Assembly (NCBI RefSeq): GCF_006345805.1
Contig: NW_021832010.1
Span: 11,548 to 75,547 of the forward strand
Source of the DNA: Octopus sinensis
Taxonomy: Eukaryota
Reading direction: 5' to 3'
DNA length: 64,000 bases
In this document: positions 11,800-24,989 of the stretch, in pieces
Layout: each line of letters begins with the position of its first letter
Position numbering within the stretch: position 1 is the stretch's first letter
Made by a program: the position numbers and the translations under genes
The notes under the pieces: generated by a model
What the model was told of the DNA's origin: nothing
Seen by the model: only the letters and a program-made list of their open reading frames with translations
Databases searched by the model: none

Positions 11800-12240
11800 A
11801 AAAGACCTTGAATATATGAATCCAATATAAACTGGCAACTCTACGCAGTTACCAAACCATTCTGATCGAGAAATCATAAAGAATAGTCTTAAAGACATTT
11901 CTTTGCGGATCGTGTTAAATACCCTGCTCATATGAATGTTCAATATTGAGATCGCCATTTCAAATTTGTGACACATGGCACAGATATGCCCCTATACTAC
12001 ATCTACAGTTGATCTCCCAGGACTAAATCCACATTGACTCCGACAGATAGTCATTGAAAGAATCTTTAATGCTGTCAAGTGGTACGAACAACAAGATTTA
12101 TCTTATTGTGTTCAGGAATATGCCAAATGTTGCTAAGAAGACCTCGCAGTTTGTTAGATGTATAGAAGAAATCAACGTTTCGCTGTGCGCTATAAAATTC
12201 AAAAAAAACTACATTCCTATCCCTGCTTATTTATGAATTC
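11800..12240 (-). mobile_element. RTE-like non-LTR reverse transcriptase fragment
   Basis: QCGFSPGRSTVDVV*GHICAMCHKFEMAISILNIHMSRVFNTIRK corresponds to RT motifs QxGFRPGRST and DxxKAFDxI, degenerate. Confidence 0.7.
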
Positions 12241-12648
12241 AGGTCATAATTTAGTTAACATTTCCGTGTATTATCTGTTAGTTAAATACAATTTAATTAT
12301 TAGTGTATTAATCGAGCCATAAGGAGGATCACTCCAAACCCGTAAATTATATGTGATGGAAATGTAACTATAATTTATAAATAAAATCTCAACTTGACTT
12401 TTTGTTAATTTGTCTCACCATCAAGGCTGCAGATGTATTCTAAATGTTAGAAATTAATATGAATACAATAAAATCATCGACCCTTGAAAATATTTTATCA
12501 AATAATGTTTCATCTTGGGCGAATATTAAACCAGCAAAAATGAGAAAGACAATCATTCTGATTTAACTGCGCAAAATGCTATATTTATACCATTATTCAT
12601 AATTAGCACACTTACGTCTAATTTTACTGAGAAATATAAAATAGTGAA

Positions 12649-15600
12649 TTATTTTTTCCGAGCCAACGTCCTCTGCTTATTAGGATCCCCGACAATCTGT
12701 TCCTGAGTAACCAATCCCTTCCTCAGCCGAACTTCCTTCACAAGCTTGTCACCCAGTTGATCATCTCCACACTCCTCCCCCACTACCTCCCAATGTGAGA
12801 ACTTGAACTGACAACTACACATCCCCCTCGTCCTACTTCTCATCTCCTCCTCAATCCCGAATGAATTGACCATCGGAATATACCAATCACACATAAACAC
12901 ACTCAGATCATACAAGTCCTCACTGACCACCCTCCCTCCTCTCCTCCCAATAACCCCTTTCACTTTCCCTGACCATTACTCTCCATAACTAACCAATCAG
13001 CCCACCCGGCACTCGGATACTCCCCAACAACACAGGCTGCACTAACCGTACTCCACATGATGACACCAATACACCCCAAATGGCATTCCTCACATCACAA
13101 CTGACCTGTCCTGAGTGATGTGAGTGTCCTTCTAACTGTCGAATTGTGCAGCATAATCCATGAAGGGGTTCCTCACACAGGGGGCCTGCCTCCATTGCTA
13201 ACTTGAAACCATTAATCTAACAAATACAACATTCTGACATACAATTGAAGACAGAGTCGACTGATTCACCCCATCCATACCATTTATGAGAATATTTGTC
13301 GAATAAACAGCACAAATCTAATTGATGTTACCGATTACCTTATCAGAATCGATCATTTCACACTCCTTCCTCAATAAATCGACACCAATGGAGTAGTCAG
13401 TCAACACTCGGACAACCTGAATGGGCAGTTGTTCCACACTTGAATCCAATAATCATAATCTCACCCAATCTCACACTTTAGTGAATTTGAATGGACACAC
13501 ACAGTCAGGTCACCACACACCAAGCTTTCTCTGAATTGTACAATTGGGCGGGAAATCGAAAGTGGAACACGTGCAAATCTAATTCTGGTGGATCATTGAA
13601 TCAACCGAGTCCTCAGATCCTCAATGCACTTGTCCAGATGCAACTGCCCAGCCACTCTGATGACCTGTTCCCCCAAATTAGTCACGTGTGTCTCCACACA
13701 GGGGTCTGACAAATACAGCAACTCGAGCCCCTCCTTCAGAGCACTCATATCGTCTACAATGAGGGCAATGGGACCACCAATATTCTCAGGCTCCACCGAG
13801 ACTGCCAGAATGGGAGTTGTCTCGTAGTAGAGGGGAGTCAAAGGGGGGAGATCTGCCCTGTCTGACAATGTGGCCGTCTTCATAAATCGACTTGACTCAC
13901 TCCATGAGAACCCAAAAATATTCCCCGGACTGACCATGTCGACAGGAATCAGTTCCCGGCCCATAAAAATAAACAAATTCTCTATTTTAATCTTCTTTCC
14001 ATGCTTATATGAGACAGGGAGTGTGGACGAGTCCTCAATCTAATTTACAAGTCCCACTTGTGTGATAACCAGTCGACTGTCATGTTTTGGTCCCAAAATA
14101 AACAGAGAGTCCCCCTTTCGAATTGTCCCACAAAATGACCGCGTAAAACCAATACAAAACTCAACAATATTTGATTCCGTTTGGTTAACCAATCTAATTA
14201 ATTTAATATATATAATTTAACATTATTGCTAATTTATTACTAATTAATTATTATAATACATTTGATATTTTCGTGGGAGTTCGTTTAGTGGGACGAAAAC
14301 TAGTTTGCTCATAAAAGCAACCAAACTATTCCCATTAGGAGTAATATTAGTCAATTCTACACATTGAATAAAACAATACACCATCCATCACATCACCAGA
14401 CACCTCTCTTCCTCCCAATAGCCTACTAACCCTACGACAGTCCAAATCCAAGGGCGAAGGCAAAAACTCAACAACAACATCTAAAACACCCAAACCACAA
14501 AGAACCGAACACAGATTTATAAAGAGGCAGCCAATTCGACATTAGTAGAGACACGTCAAAGGTCCCCACAAAGTTAACTTTATCAGACATTACCACTCTT
14601 CTTGCAATTCGACTGAACCGTTCAGAATCCCTTTGAAAGTAACTCACGTGGCAATACTTATTATGTGCAGCTTCATAAACCGTCCAAATATTACTGAGAA
14701 CAAAACTCTCAAAAATTGTCAGTTTGTGGCTTCCTGTACATTCCTCGAATTTTAGTGTTTTTGAACTCCAAAAATAATTTCCCCACATATGGGCGGCGAC
14801 ATCAAAGGCGGCTCGGTCTTTTATCTTTTTGGAAAACATTTCAGCGAATTGGGGAATACTTGGATTATATATATGTATTACGTAAAGGCCCAACCGTCCG
14901 TCGAGCTGCCGAAGATCACATTCCCCGCTTCAGGCGAAACATAATCGGCGGCATTCTTTGAAGTACTTTGATCATGTTGGAATTGCTCAGATATAAAGTA
15001 CTGGGCGATGATTGAATTTACCTAAAGTAATAAATTATATAATTAAATTACTTGTTCGACTATTTTTTTCAAATGTATAAATGATTGTTGTACAGTTAGA
15101 TTGAGATGGGTGTACAGTTTGTCCATTTTGTTAAGAAAAATGACTATTTTGAGTCCCTCAGTCAAGGCTAGTCGTATGACTGAGTACGTCTAGACTGAGA
15201 GACCTCCCCTACCTGTGAACAGACTCCCTCCACCACATCAATGAGGATTATGGCGCCATCACACACCCGTATTCCCGCCGCTACTTCAAATGAAAAATCG
15301 ATATGTCCAGGTGTGTCCACCAGGTTGATAAGATAAAGTGAATCTGCTATATAATTAATTAGTTAATTAATTAAGACTAATTAATTAATTACTGTGGTTG
15401 TATAAGAGAGAGATGGCACTGGACTTCATAGTGATGCCCCTCTCTTGTTCGTCATCCCTGCTGTCCATGTAACGAAGCTTAGAATGATAACAGATTGGGT
15501 AACCTCCCCTGCAATATTGTTGGAGATTATTCCATTAGATGCACAGAGAGAGTCAACAAGTGTAGTCTTGCCTTTAATATATATAAAGGGTAGTACCGTG

Positions 15601-15684
15601 GTCTACGTGGGCGAGGATACATATATTTCTTATACATTTCGTATTGGCTTGACATTTGGAGACCACGTCGTACAGTCTGTCCAT
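12649..15684 (-). CDS. EFL1: Elongation factor-like GTPase 1 (EFL1/Ria1), multi-exon, apparently complete
   Basis: [18 protein letters not shown]|[17 protein letters not shown]..|[24 protein letters not shown]; [18 protein letters not shown]; [18 protein letters not shown]; MWGNYF; AVSVEPENI|[21 protein letters not shown]; [18 protein letters not shown]; FKFSHWEV; [26 protein letters not shown]. The C-terminus is diagnostic of EFL1 rather than eEF2. ATG at 15684, TAA at 12649. Not every junction was verified. Confidence 0.93.
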
Positions 15685-15762
15685 GTTACTATATATTTTA
15701 TTACAAAATATACTATTTAATTTTTAGTAATTAATTTAAAATTAATTATTCTTGTTAGTAAA
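15685..15762. promoter_or_regulatory. Putative bidirectional promoter (78 bp between divergent ATGs)
   Basis: EFL1 ATG (minus strand, 15684) and HEAT-gene ATG (plus strand, 15763) are separated by 78 nearly pure A/T bases. Confidence 0.6.
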
Positions 15763-18071
15763 ATGGATGTGGATGAAATATACAGGAATATGCTGTGCAG
15801 TAATCAAAAGTTACAGCGAGACAAAGGCCTTATAAAATTATCTGAGAATTTAAACCAATCAACGAGCAAAGAATGGATCCCCAAACTGTTGGAGACATTA
15901 GAGGACACAAACCACCCCTGGAATATCACATTCGGCTCACTCATATTCCTCAAAGAACTACTCCACTCCCAATTAGACACCAAACATGCCATAAATGTCA
16001 CCAATATCCTCCTTCTCCACATGGAAGACCAGGAAGTGAGGGTTAGAGAAGAGTGTGGTTAACCTATATTTTTATTCCCGCCAAAATAGGCTCAGTCTTG
16101 GGTGTTCTTTACCAGAATAACGAGGAAAGCATTGGGTTTGTTGTTAGAAGAATGTTGATTGATGGAATCAAGTCGAATGCAGTCAAATCTGCACAAATAT
16201 CAGTCACAGTGCCATTAAAGAAAGAAATTGGCCCAAATAGGGCAGTTTGTGTGTCTCAGGTGGGTCAGTGGTCATCCATTCGTGTAGTGTGGGGTCTCGG
16301 CAGGTCAGATTGTGACTGAGTCCTCTGGCTGGAGACATCTCGACACTTGGCTGGGGTAATTAGTCCATGACATATCAGGGCTCTCTTCCTTGTGTTGGAT
16401 TCTAATCGACACGTCTCTATTTTTGACAATGAAATGAATGCTACGGTTGACTGTGCATTTGCTACGGATAATCGTTTTGTAAAGGAAAAAATATTTCGGA
16501 TTTTTGGACTGATTTTTGAGTCGTTGGATGAAAAGATTAGTTTTTTGATGTCCGAGATCAAAGCAAAGCAACTCAAAAGTGGCCTGTCTGATAATTGGAG
16601 CCAAGTAAATGACACTCTCCTTACAAATCCAGGTCAGACGGGCGGCTTTGGAAGCCACCTGGCAATTCTTCAAAGCCATTTCCCGCCTTGATTCATCAAT
16701 GAAAAATAAATATTTATCGATTTTATTGCCACCTTTGTGTCTTAATAGGCACTATTTGGGAGAGGGAGTCAGGTTGTTGGCTCAGAGGGCGTGGCCAGAG
16801 ATCACTGGGAATGAGGGAAGGTCCCTGATTGAGCAGAACATGAAGGAGACGGTGGTTGGTTGGTTATATTTTGCAGGTTATTTATTATTTGGAGGAATGT
16901 CAGGCGGAGAATCACGCTGTGAGAGAATCGGCATGTTTGGCTGTGAACGAGTTGGTCTTGAAGGTCACAAAATGTGACAAAAATTGATAGATTGACCACC
17001 AAGTCATGGAACCTCATGTTAATTCATTTTTTGACATGTTTTTGACTTTATTTGGAGATGACAGTTGGCCTGTTCGACATGGTTAGTAATATATATTTAT
17101 TATTCAGCTGCCTGTCTCTCCAGCAGTAGATTTATACTGAACTATCCATCTGAGGGAAGGTGATTATTCCTGATTATTCATTCTAGAACATTCATTGAAC
17201 AGCTGTGGCCACTTTATCTGGTAAATCTCCGAGATTCCATATCCTACGTCCGTTCAGGGGCTGCAGTGGCCATTGCTAATGTGTGTGTGGCCTACAGTTA
17301 TATATATAACATGTATGTTCTCAGGGGATTTCATTAAACGGGCATTGCGGGTGATTACGAACGCATTCGACGCAATCAAGAAGCAGCCTGTAGTCCCGTT
17401 GCGCTTTAAAAACGTCGAGAAAGGACGGGCTACTTTCTCAGTGGCCAAGACAGTGCATGACAACGACGTGGAACTGCACAGTAATCAGCAGATGTACTCA
17501 TGTGGGTCACTGGCTCCAAAGTTCTCCAGGAACACTTGTGGATGTTCATGTCCTTCAATATTATACAAGAAGGCAGAGGAGTGGGAGGAGGCTGAAGGGT
17601 TTGGGGGGTCAGTTTGATGGCATAGATGTCTCTATCTGTTGGCTGAGTTGTTGAAATGTGAGGAGGGGGAGGTGAGGAGTATATGTGGAGAGGACTGTCA
17701 CGATTTACTCACATCCCTCGCTGTGGCATCCTCCTATCGGGAATATACCAGGCACTGTGATTTCTTAAAGACATTGTGTGACTTGGTTGGTGCTGATTGG
17801 CTATTTAAGTTGCCTGGAATTGCGAGGGGAATTGGCGGGAAAAAATTTGAAGAATATTTGGAATTGTTTTTTGAATCGATTTTTTATACATTGGTATAAA
17901 TATTGATTGTAATTGAAGGAAGGTGATTTGGAGAGAATTAGCAAGTCGGGGGAGGTGTGTTTGCGTGACCTGGGATGTCTTGTTGGGATAAATGTGCTTT
18001 ACTCTCGTGTAGAACAGTGGGACATTAGGCATTCACGTGGTTTGTTAGTTTTAGATGTTTGGGAGTATTAG
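15763..18071 (+). CDS. Uncharacterised HEAT/ARM-repeat protein, multi-exon, apparently complete
   Basis: Spliced frame: MDVDEIY...HMEDQEVRVREEC|GSVLGVL...GLSDNWSQ|VRRAALEATWQFF...LLPPLCLNRHYLGEGVRLLAQRAW...ENHAVRESACLAVNELVLK|...DDSWPVRH|AAC...HDNDVELHSNQQMYSCGSLAPK...TAG at 18069-18071. It has repeated HEAT-type D-x-x-x-x-VR motifs and many 20-28-nt introns. The 16200-16400 junctions were not fully resolved. Confidence 0.8.
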
Positions 18072-18398
18072 AACGTGTTTTTAAGTCTTAATAAATTTTA
18101 TTCCTGTCTTAGTAAAGTATATAAAATGGTTTGATTGTAGGGTTAATTAGACTGGTACCTTTATTGGGCATATCTGGGAATGAGGGGACTGTCTTTTAGT
18201 AAAGAGGGACTTATTAGGAGTGTATGTGAAGTATATAAGTCTAAATTACTTACAATCATATATATTAGTAAGTATTAACAGACGGTTTAGATTTGACGAA
18301 ACAAGTCAACCAGGAGGTTAGAATAATATAATTTAAAAATTTTATTAATAAAAAATACAAACAAAATTAAAATTAAATAAAACTAAGACATGGCCTAT

Positions 18399-19058
18399 TT
18401 AAAATTTATTACTCTCCCGTTTATTTTTTTGTCGACGATTGCAAAACCACACTCGAACAGCTTCTTTATCAATACAAAGACAACTCGCTATTTCTGAAAT
18501 TCTCCCCAAACTTGGTTTCTGATCAATACAAAAATGATTTTCAAGACACTTCTTGGTGGACTCTCGAAAACAAGTCCGCTTTTTCCTTTTTTTAGAAATC
18601 CTTTTTATTTTATCCATTCTTTCAAAATAAAAATAATGTTCGATATATTTTCTGACCCAAATATTCAAAAGAGGTCTCAATCTGCACATATTCTTAAAAG
18701 ACAGCTGCAGTAGTTCAAATCTACATATGGTTGTCTGGGAAATCACACATCCATGCTCCCTTTCTAATTCGTACCCCAAATCAGCCTGAGTGTACCCAAT
18801 TTTTAGTCTCAAATTCTTCAAAACACCTGCAAATTCCTTCATTTCAAGCACGTGACAATCGTCTTCACTCTTCAGCATATGGACAGGTGGATTAGTCCTT
18901 GATTTTATTGTCTCGGCGTTTGGAAAGTCACGTTTTTCGAGATTGGGTTGCTCGAATGCTTGTTGTATAAAGAAACAATTGATTTGATCAGTTGAATTGA
19001 AAAAAGTTATGAAATGATCCATTGACTTATTTCGCTGTAGAAATACATTTTGGCGCAA
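18399..19058 (-). CDS. POU-domain homeobox transcription factor, intronless and divergent
   Basis: POU-specific domain (LEMKEFAGVLKNLRLKIGYTQADLG...SQTTICRFELLQLSFKNMCRLRPLLNIW) plus POU homeodomain (RKKRTCF...VRVWFCNRRQKNKR). The true start may be the Met of MDHF. Confidence 0.95.
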   Translation of the reverse strand: MRQNVFLQRNKSMDHFITFFNSTDQINCFFIQQAFEQPNLEKRDFPNAETIKSRTNPPVHMLKSEDDCHVLEMKEFAGVLKNLRLKIGYTQADLGYELEREHGCVISQTTICRFELLQLSFKNMCRLRPLLNIWVRKYIEHYFYFERMDKIKRISKKRKKRTCFRESTKKCLENHFCIDQKPSLGRISEIASCLCIDKEAVRVWFCNRRQKNKRESNKF

Positions 19059-20162
19059 ACATTTGGAATTTATATTGAATATATTATCGTTTTTTAGTTG
19101 AAAATGTATTTTTGGTCAAATTAATGACTATATTTATCGATGTTGTAGAATATATATGTATAGTTTGAATATATGATTAAGTAAATTAATTCTTCTGACC
19201 CAAATACCCTAAAAAATAGGTCTGAAGATTCAATGGTTTTAAATTCAGTTTTCAACATGCAAGTTTTTTAATATTTATTTTACAATGATTCCCCATTTTA
19301 GAAAATAATGTCTATTCTTAAATGTAATGAATTTCTAGCCAAACTGAGAGACCGATCTCAGATTTCCATAATTTTAGCTGCTTCTCAGGAAGTTCCGATT
19401 ATTTTTAAATGTTTTTGTCTAGTCTATTTATGGAGTTATTTTTGATGTGATTGGTCGTACGCTCTATGTTCTTTTTTTGCAGTCTGCGGAGGAAGGTTTT
19501 TGGTAGATTATCTTTCTGTTAAGACTAGAATGTTCTGGTTTATTTGTTGTAGTCAATTATATTGGATCTGCGGTGATTTTCTATTTGGATTACTTATTTT
19601 ATATTCAGAATTATTATATTTTTTGGTTCCCCATTTTCATGGGAATTTTATTTTAATAAAATTTTTATTTTGATATTAAAATATGTCTAGGAAACAATTT
19701 TATTAAATTGAAATTAAGAAGATACTATCGATGGACTATTTTAAGATTTATTTTAATTGATAATTTTATATTCATAAAACCTTTTTGGATTAGGTCAGGG
19801 ATTCTTAACTGCAGCTTACTAGAATTCAATTTTATCTTCGAAAGATTCGGGAAAGTTAAATTGACTTATTTATCACGTTGAATTATTCGGATTGTTATGT
19901 TAAATTGGTAGATTTAAAAAAATTTTAAAAATTTTAATGCTACATAAATTTCAGTTCTCAACTTTCGAAGTCCATTTATTTGTACTTAAAAACACGGCTT
20001 AAAACAGAAAAAAAAATTCATGCATAATTTTGGATAACATGCTTTGAAATCTATTGTTTTGCAGTAATTGACGAATTCAGGAATTACAAAATTGAAGACT
20101 CAATTTCGTTTTATCCTGAGCCGCGTCACGTAACATGTTGTTATCCTCTCCATCCTTTAGAC

Positions 20163-21709
20163 CAGGGGTGCGCAAGTGCGGCCGTGAGTCGACGAATGTG
20201 CGGCCGTGGGCACAATTAGTTCATCGAGCAACTAATCTTAAATATAATGCTCATAGTATTAATAAATCAAGAAAAACCCTAAATAATAATTAAAAATATT
20301 GATATTAAATAAAATTCTATTTTTATATAATGGTTAACCTTTATTAAAAGTAATTATCATAAACGGCTTAATTTATTTATGTCATTACCTGTTAAAAGAC
20401 GACGTTCTTTGAATTAAGAAAAAAGAAAATTTAATATCAACTGTGAAAGTGAATACTTCGTAGTCGAAACAGACAACAATAGCATACAATGCTTATTGTG
20501 CCATGAGATTGTGAAAACTATAAAACGGGACAATGCTAAACAACATTTTCAAAGACATTTAGACTACCTAGTTGTCAAGTCCAAGTGTTCAAGAGAAGAT
20601 TCCGTCGAAAATTTGAAATACAAATTAAGACAACAAAAAAAATGTTTAAAAACTTTTTTAAATGTGGCAAATGCAAGAATTGAAGCATCCTTTCGAGTTG
20701 CTCATATCCTTGGATCTGCTGGAAAACCTTTTTCAGACGGCGAACTTATGAAAAGATGTATCATGGAATCAGTTAAATGCATTGATCCTGACAAGGAGCA
20801 TAACTTTGAAGCAATTCCACTTTCACGTGACAAAATTCAGCACCGAAAGTTTCATATTGCCGAGCATCTTAATCTATCACTCCTACAAAAATTAAATTCT
20901 CAAACTACGTTATTTTCACTTGCCATTGATGAGTCGAATGATATATGTGATTCTGCTCAGCTGATCATATTTATTCGTACTCTATCCTTCGATTTTGAAA
21001 TACATGAGGATTTTCTATCCACGAAGTCACTACCTGGAAATGTACGGGGTCAAGATATATTTAAAATAGTTAAACAATGTTGTTTGGAATTCAAATTGGA
21101 CATGACATGTCTAAGAGGAATATGCACAGATGGCGCACCAGCAATGTTGGGTAGAAAACAAGGATTTGTTGCACGCCTAACTGAATATGTCTCAGAAAAG
21201 TATAACAATAAATCAGTTATTGGCAAGAAATATTCTCGTTGTATTCGGAAGAACATATTTATGTGAGTCTACATTTTCCAAAATGAAATATTTAAAAAGT
21301 CAATATAGATCTCGGATAACGGATGCAAACTTAGAGTCATGTTTGCGCCTAATGATATCTATCCTACCAGTGGATTTCAATAAGCTCGCAAAAAATACCA
21401 AAGATCCTGGCCGTCATTAGAATAACTTGTATAGTACATTTCTTTTAATTAATTTTCCTTCTTTCTTATATTTTTTCCATGAAATAATTATTTATTTTAA
21501 TAATATAATGTCGCTGATGAACGAGAGCATTTCCTGTCCAAGAACTCATTCGGTCTCGATGACAATGGGCAACTTATGCGGTCACTTTTAATAATTAAAA
21601 AAATTACTATATTAATATCGAAAAAATAATGCAGAAAATGTGCGGCCGTGGAAGAGAAGGAAAAATAAATGCTATGCGGCCGCAAACCCAAAAAGCTTGC
21701 GCATCCCTG
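20163..21709 (+). mobile_element. SPIN/GTF2IRD2-like hAT transposon, internally deleted, 1547 bp
   Basis: 14-bp TIRs caggg(g/a)tgcgcaag. Perfect 8-bp TSD CTTTAGAC at 20155-20162 and 21710-21717. ORFs 20496-21266 (FSLAIDESNDICDSAQLIIFIR, ICTDGAPAMLGRKQGF) and 21187-21420 (FGRTYLCESTFSKMKYLKSQYRSRITD); the middle of the catalytic domain is missing. Confidence 0.95.
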
Positions 21710-21719
21710 CTTTAGACGC

Positions 21720-22330
21720 TTGAGATCCTGTTTTTGAGATCCTTGCCTTTGACCGGCTTTCTAAGCGTGTTGCGTACAAGGCAAAGTGATTCTCCATGGC
21801 CGCGTACGCGGGGACATTCCACTGCATCCAAACAGCCTCCATCTTGCCTTCACAATGTCCTCCTAGATTGTGATTCTTGTTCTCTAGTAGAGGATTCTGT
21901 ACACCACTTTAGATTGATTTTGCGAAGACAGGATTTGTCGTATCTGATCTGTGTGAAATAAGTTCAGCTTTTAGTATTTCTGTCTTTAACATGTCTATAT
22001 TTTAGAAGAGTATGAATGCATTGTAGAGACGAACTCTTGTTCTCACCTAAAGTCCTCTAAGATAAATTGATGAAAATTACAATTGATAAGATAATTAAAG
22101 TATTGAAGCTGGTGAACAGATCGTATTGTAATTTCCCCGAGTTGATTGAGTTGTTTAGCTATCTGTTCAATCTGTAATGAAGAAAAATTTAATTCTGATT
22201 TAAATATCAAATATTTTTGAAGTTTTCAATATAAAAAATAATATATGACAAATAATAAGAGTTCAGAATAGAATTTGTCTTGGGATTGTGGATTCCTGCG
22301 GTAAAGAAGTTGGTCTGTCCCGTCGGAACA
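21720..22330 (-). mobile_element. RTE-like non-LTR retrotransposon 3' fragment
   Basis: Broken frames read RTRVRLYNAF and EDIVKARWRLFG..VPAYAAMENHF; same family as 32937-33650 and 36950-37620. Confidence 0.55.
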
Positions 22331-24989
22331 TGTTAATTAAATTTTTTCAGAGCCATAATCAGTGACGTTGCTTTTTAAGAAGTGATCCTTTTTTAATAAT
22401 AATTATAGAGATCGAGGTCTGTTTCCGTACGAAAACAATATTTCAATTTTGTGAATGGGATCAGACAAAAATTTATCTTCATATGCTCCTTCTTAGTCTA
22501 ATGGTAATGACAATCTTCCATGTAAATTAAGTACATTTAGAGAAAATGCTACTTTTCCCTTCATTTTATACAAATGTCACCCTGGCACTGTTTCTGGGTA
22601 ATTTTCTTTGCATTAAAAAATTTCAAAAAAAGTGAACTTGAAACTTTTAGTTTTCAGTTTCATCAAATTCATGTCTTGTTATCTAGACTCTCACACAAGA
22701 AGACGTATAATAAAATATTTTTTGTCCATATGTAGCTCTTACTCGAACAAATAATTTCCCGAAAAAACTTTATTAGAGCTGAATTGTGAACACTAATGCT
22801 TATTACGTAAAGACTAATGCTTGCGCTTTCAATGTTTAAGCTCGTAAACCCTATAATATATGAGGTTTATATAATCAGATTTTAGAATATTCGAAAACCA
22901 CATGACATAATAAATATATTATAATAATCCCCAGTAAAAAAATAATAGAACAACGATTAAATCGGAAAGGGCTTTGCTATATGCTTTGAAATAAGAATAA
23001 TAAAGGCATTTCATAGTATTTCCATACTCTTCTAAGATTTTGAGAGCACAGTCAGGTCTATGAGCAAGCAGAAAGGTATATAGATCTCTAAAAATAATTA
23101 TAAGAAGCAAACCTGTGCTCCATAAGTGTTTCCTGAAGGTATTGATAATTTGAAAAAGTCCCTCGCAGTTCATATATTTTTGAATTCAAAAAATCATGTA
23201 TTTTTGTAGAAGCCTTAATGGAAAATTAATATCAAACATGTTTGATGACTATCTCTAAATTTCAATCACCTCTTGACAAGCTTTTGGTTTTTCCCCGTCA
23301 AAATTCGTTATAAATTGCATTTTTCGATCTAACATTTCAAGTTGGTTTTTAAACTCGCTTTCAGTGACTGGCAAGTTAATTATAATTCTAAAACATATTC
23401 CATTAATTAAAATAATTAGAAAAATTTAAATATGTAATAATGAAACATCTTTGGATTGTTCCAATTGTTTCTTAGCATCTTTGATATAATCGTCGAGGCT
23501 TATGTCCTTAATAGCATAGCTATTGAGCTAATCAACCTTATTAAGAGAAAGTTTCATTACTTCATCAGAAATCAATTCGTCGTCGTTCACTATTCTAGTA
23601 AACAAAATATTTTAATTACATGTCAGTAATTCAAGTAACTCTTTATCTTCCTTTGTACACATTAAATAATTAGCCACATAGGTCAATTCATACTATTTTA
23701 TTAAAAAAAATTTCAATTAAAAAGTTTTTTTGTACAGAAAATAATTTCAAAATAAACTAACTCTGTTTTGAGTACATTTCTCTTTTCGAAAAAACAGATT
23801 GCACGTAATAATATCCAAAAAAATATTTAATTCATTTCTTTTCAATATAAAAAGTGGTTAATCAAGTTCGTTTCACGTATGTAGAGGATATCTACAATAC
23901 GACAAATTTGATATAAGAAGTGTTAAGCCATAAAAGAACATATTATGTGGTGACAGCATATCTCCATTATTTCGATTAGCGTTGGCTACTTGTTGCTATT
24001 AGTAAAGCTTAACTGAGGCTATCAGCACAAGTTTGCTGTCCAACTCACTCACCCAGGTCGATCAATCTTATTGCGGTTTGTCCATCCTTCTTTACAAAAT
24101 CTCCTTAAAAGTGGCAACATTTAGTTATTCGTTTGGTTCTTTTATAGTTTTGCAGATTCTTGGTTGAATTTTCAAAATTTTTTCCCGATTGGTGTATTGT
24201 ATTTCCCCGCACTGCAACAGGCGTAACTAATCGTAAGTTCCATGTACTGCTCATAGTCGGTTTGGCGAGTGGCAAGACTCTCCATTGCCTGTATTTTGGA
24301 AGAACTCTGAGTATGTTGAGTTTCTTCATACATCTTGTGATCCGGTTCCAGTTGGCTCTCATTATTTTTTGAATCCCTAAATAATTAGATTTTATAAATT
24401 CAAAAATAAATTATTTTAGTTATATTATAATAAAAAGATTTCAAACATAATATAATTAGATAACCGTGTTACTTTTCGTATTTCGTGTTGTTGTTCCACA
24501 TTGTTTAATTTATTTTTCAAATTTTATTCTATTATTATATTGAAAGTTCTTATTTGTATTAAAATTGATTAAATATATTGTCCACTTATAGAATTTCTTA
24601 TAATATTCGATATTCTGTAAGTGAATTGGCTTTACTTTCACAATAGTTTAATCTTTTTTATCTTAATCATTTTATATCTTTGTGGTATTCTACACAACCA
24701 TTTTGTTGCCAATTTTTATTAATAATTTTACTGCATGAGTGAATGACCTCTTTTTCTATTTTAATTCTGTGTCATTTATTTTTTCCAGTTAATTAAATCT
24801 GCAAAATTTGCAAAACCACCGAGTGAATGAGTCTGTGAGAACTCGAATTGATTAGTTTTATTAATATAATACTGTTCCAAGTATTTAATTAATAGTGGAT
24901 TAATTGAGCTATGATAGCCCAATCTCGTAAAGTAAAATGTGATGGTAAAGCTACTAAAATCAATAAATCTAATCTTAACTTTTTTAAAG

